A DNA stretch of 64,000 bases from Octopus sinensis (Eukaryota): contig NC_042997.1 of NCBI RefSeq assembly GCF_006345805.1, positions 170,066,001 to 170,130,000 on the forward strand, in the 5' to 3' direction. Numbering within the stretch: position 1 is the first letter of the stretch; each line of letters starts with the position of its first letter. The notes beneath the pieces are model-generated. The model was not told the origin of the DNA and made no database searches. It worked only from the letters and a program-made list of their open reading frames with translations. Both the position numbers and the translations under genes were made by a program. Shown one piece after another: positions 63,291 through 64,000 of the stretch.

Positions 63291-63571
63291 AACATTTGAT
63301 CATTTGTAGAGTAAATATGGACTGGAAGTTAAAAAGTTGAAGAAATCAGTATTTAAAAGTAGATTTAGTGTGATTTTCATTATTTTAAAACTATTTTGTA
63401 CTCGTTGACTTCTTTTTATTGAAGATGTTTTTACATTATTGCTATGGGTGTTGTTTTCTGAAGTAAATACAAAGTATGCCAGTATGTTGTAAATATTTTT
63501 ACTGCATTTCTTTATAGAGTTTTATATTTTTAAACCAATTTATTTTGAATATGGATTTTTTTTTAATACAG

Positions 63572-63756
63572 AATATATTAGATTGTGTAAAGAAAAAGAT
63601 GTGCTGTCTACCCGTCGTAGTATCAGCCTGGTTATGTAGTTACATGAACACAGTTGGTGAAGAAGCTCGATCAAAACCACATAACATGCTTGAACAACTC
63701 AGTCGTGTTAATCCAGATTCCCAAGGACAATATCCATCAGAAAATTATCATGAAAG
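63572..63756 (+). CDS. MED24: MED24 coding exon 15 (gene continues past the window)
   Basis: DCVKKKMCCLPVVVSAWLCSYM...YHER (human DNIKGKVCSLAVCAVAWLVAHV...FYNER); phase 0 to 2; no stop reached after 669 codons. Confidence 0.92.
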
Positions 63757-64000
63757 GTAATTATCATTTCCTTGTTGAGTAATGATACAACACTTAGCAT
63801 GTCTTTTAAGTTTGAATTATTCATTAACAAAATACAGTAAACTTACTTTTCTCCAATCTCAGCTAATGCTATTGTTGTTAATGTATTTTTTTTTTGAGAT
63901 GCTTTGTGTTTCTTTCAATTAATTTTAAATATAACAAAGAATTTTGTAAAATAACTTGGTTACCATTCAGCTAGTGTTAGGAACATAAATTGTGACTAAG

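Overview
AT-rich, repeat-dense eukaryotic genomic DNA, almost certainly from an Octopus species (inferred from the SINE, MITE and RTE families and the (TA)n/(ATT)n/(GAT)n microsatellites, recognised from memory with no search run). Two spliced genes diverge from a probable shared promoter near 24.4-24.6 kb. (1) Minus strand: a five-coding-exon gene (ATG 23399, stop 10968, about 735 aa) encoding an AT-hook and nine C2H2 zinc fingers. (2) Plus strand: Mediator subunit MED24 (ATG 27798). Its 15 coding exons chain with GT-AG sites and consistent phases up to 63756, and the gene runs off the window. The rest is transposon-derived: a Ty3/Gypsy gag-protease remnant, a full-length but inactivated D,D34D mariner, a solo LTR nested in a mariner-derived MITE, hAT, piggyBac-like and Tigger-like MITEs, RTE LINE fragments and dozens of SINEs, several with clean target-site duplications (TSDs). 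I found no convincing new multi-gene system. The best leads are the solo LTR with a CRE-rich 28-bp array, a 178-bp fold-back beside MED24 exon 10, a trimeric SINE inside one TSD, a hammerhead-like motif, a twin hairpin in the ZNF intron, and inverted SINEs around a frame-symmetric exon pair. Exon, TIR and TSD coordinates were counted by hand; boundaries of decayed repeats are approximate.
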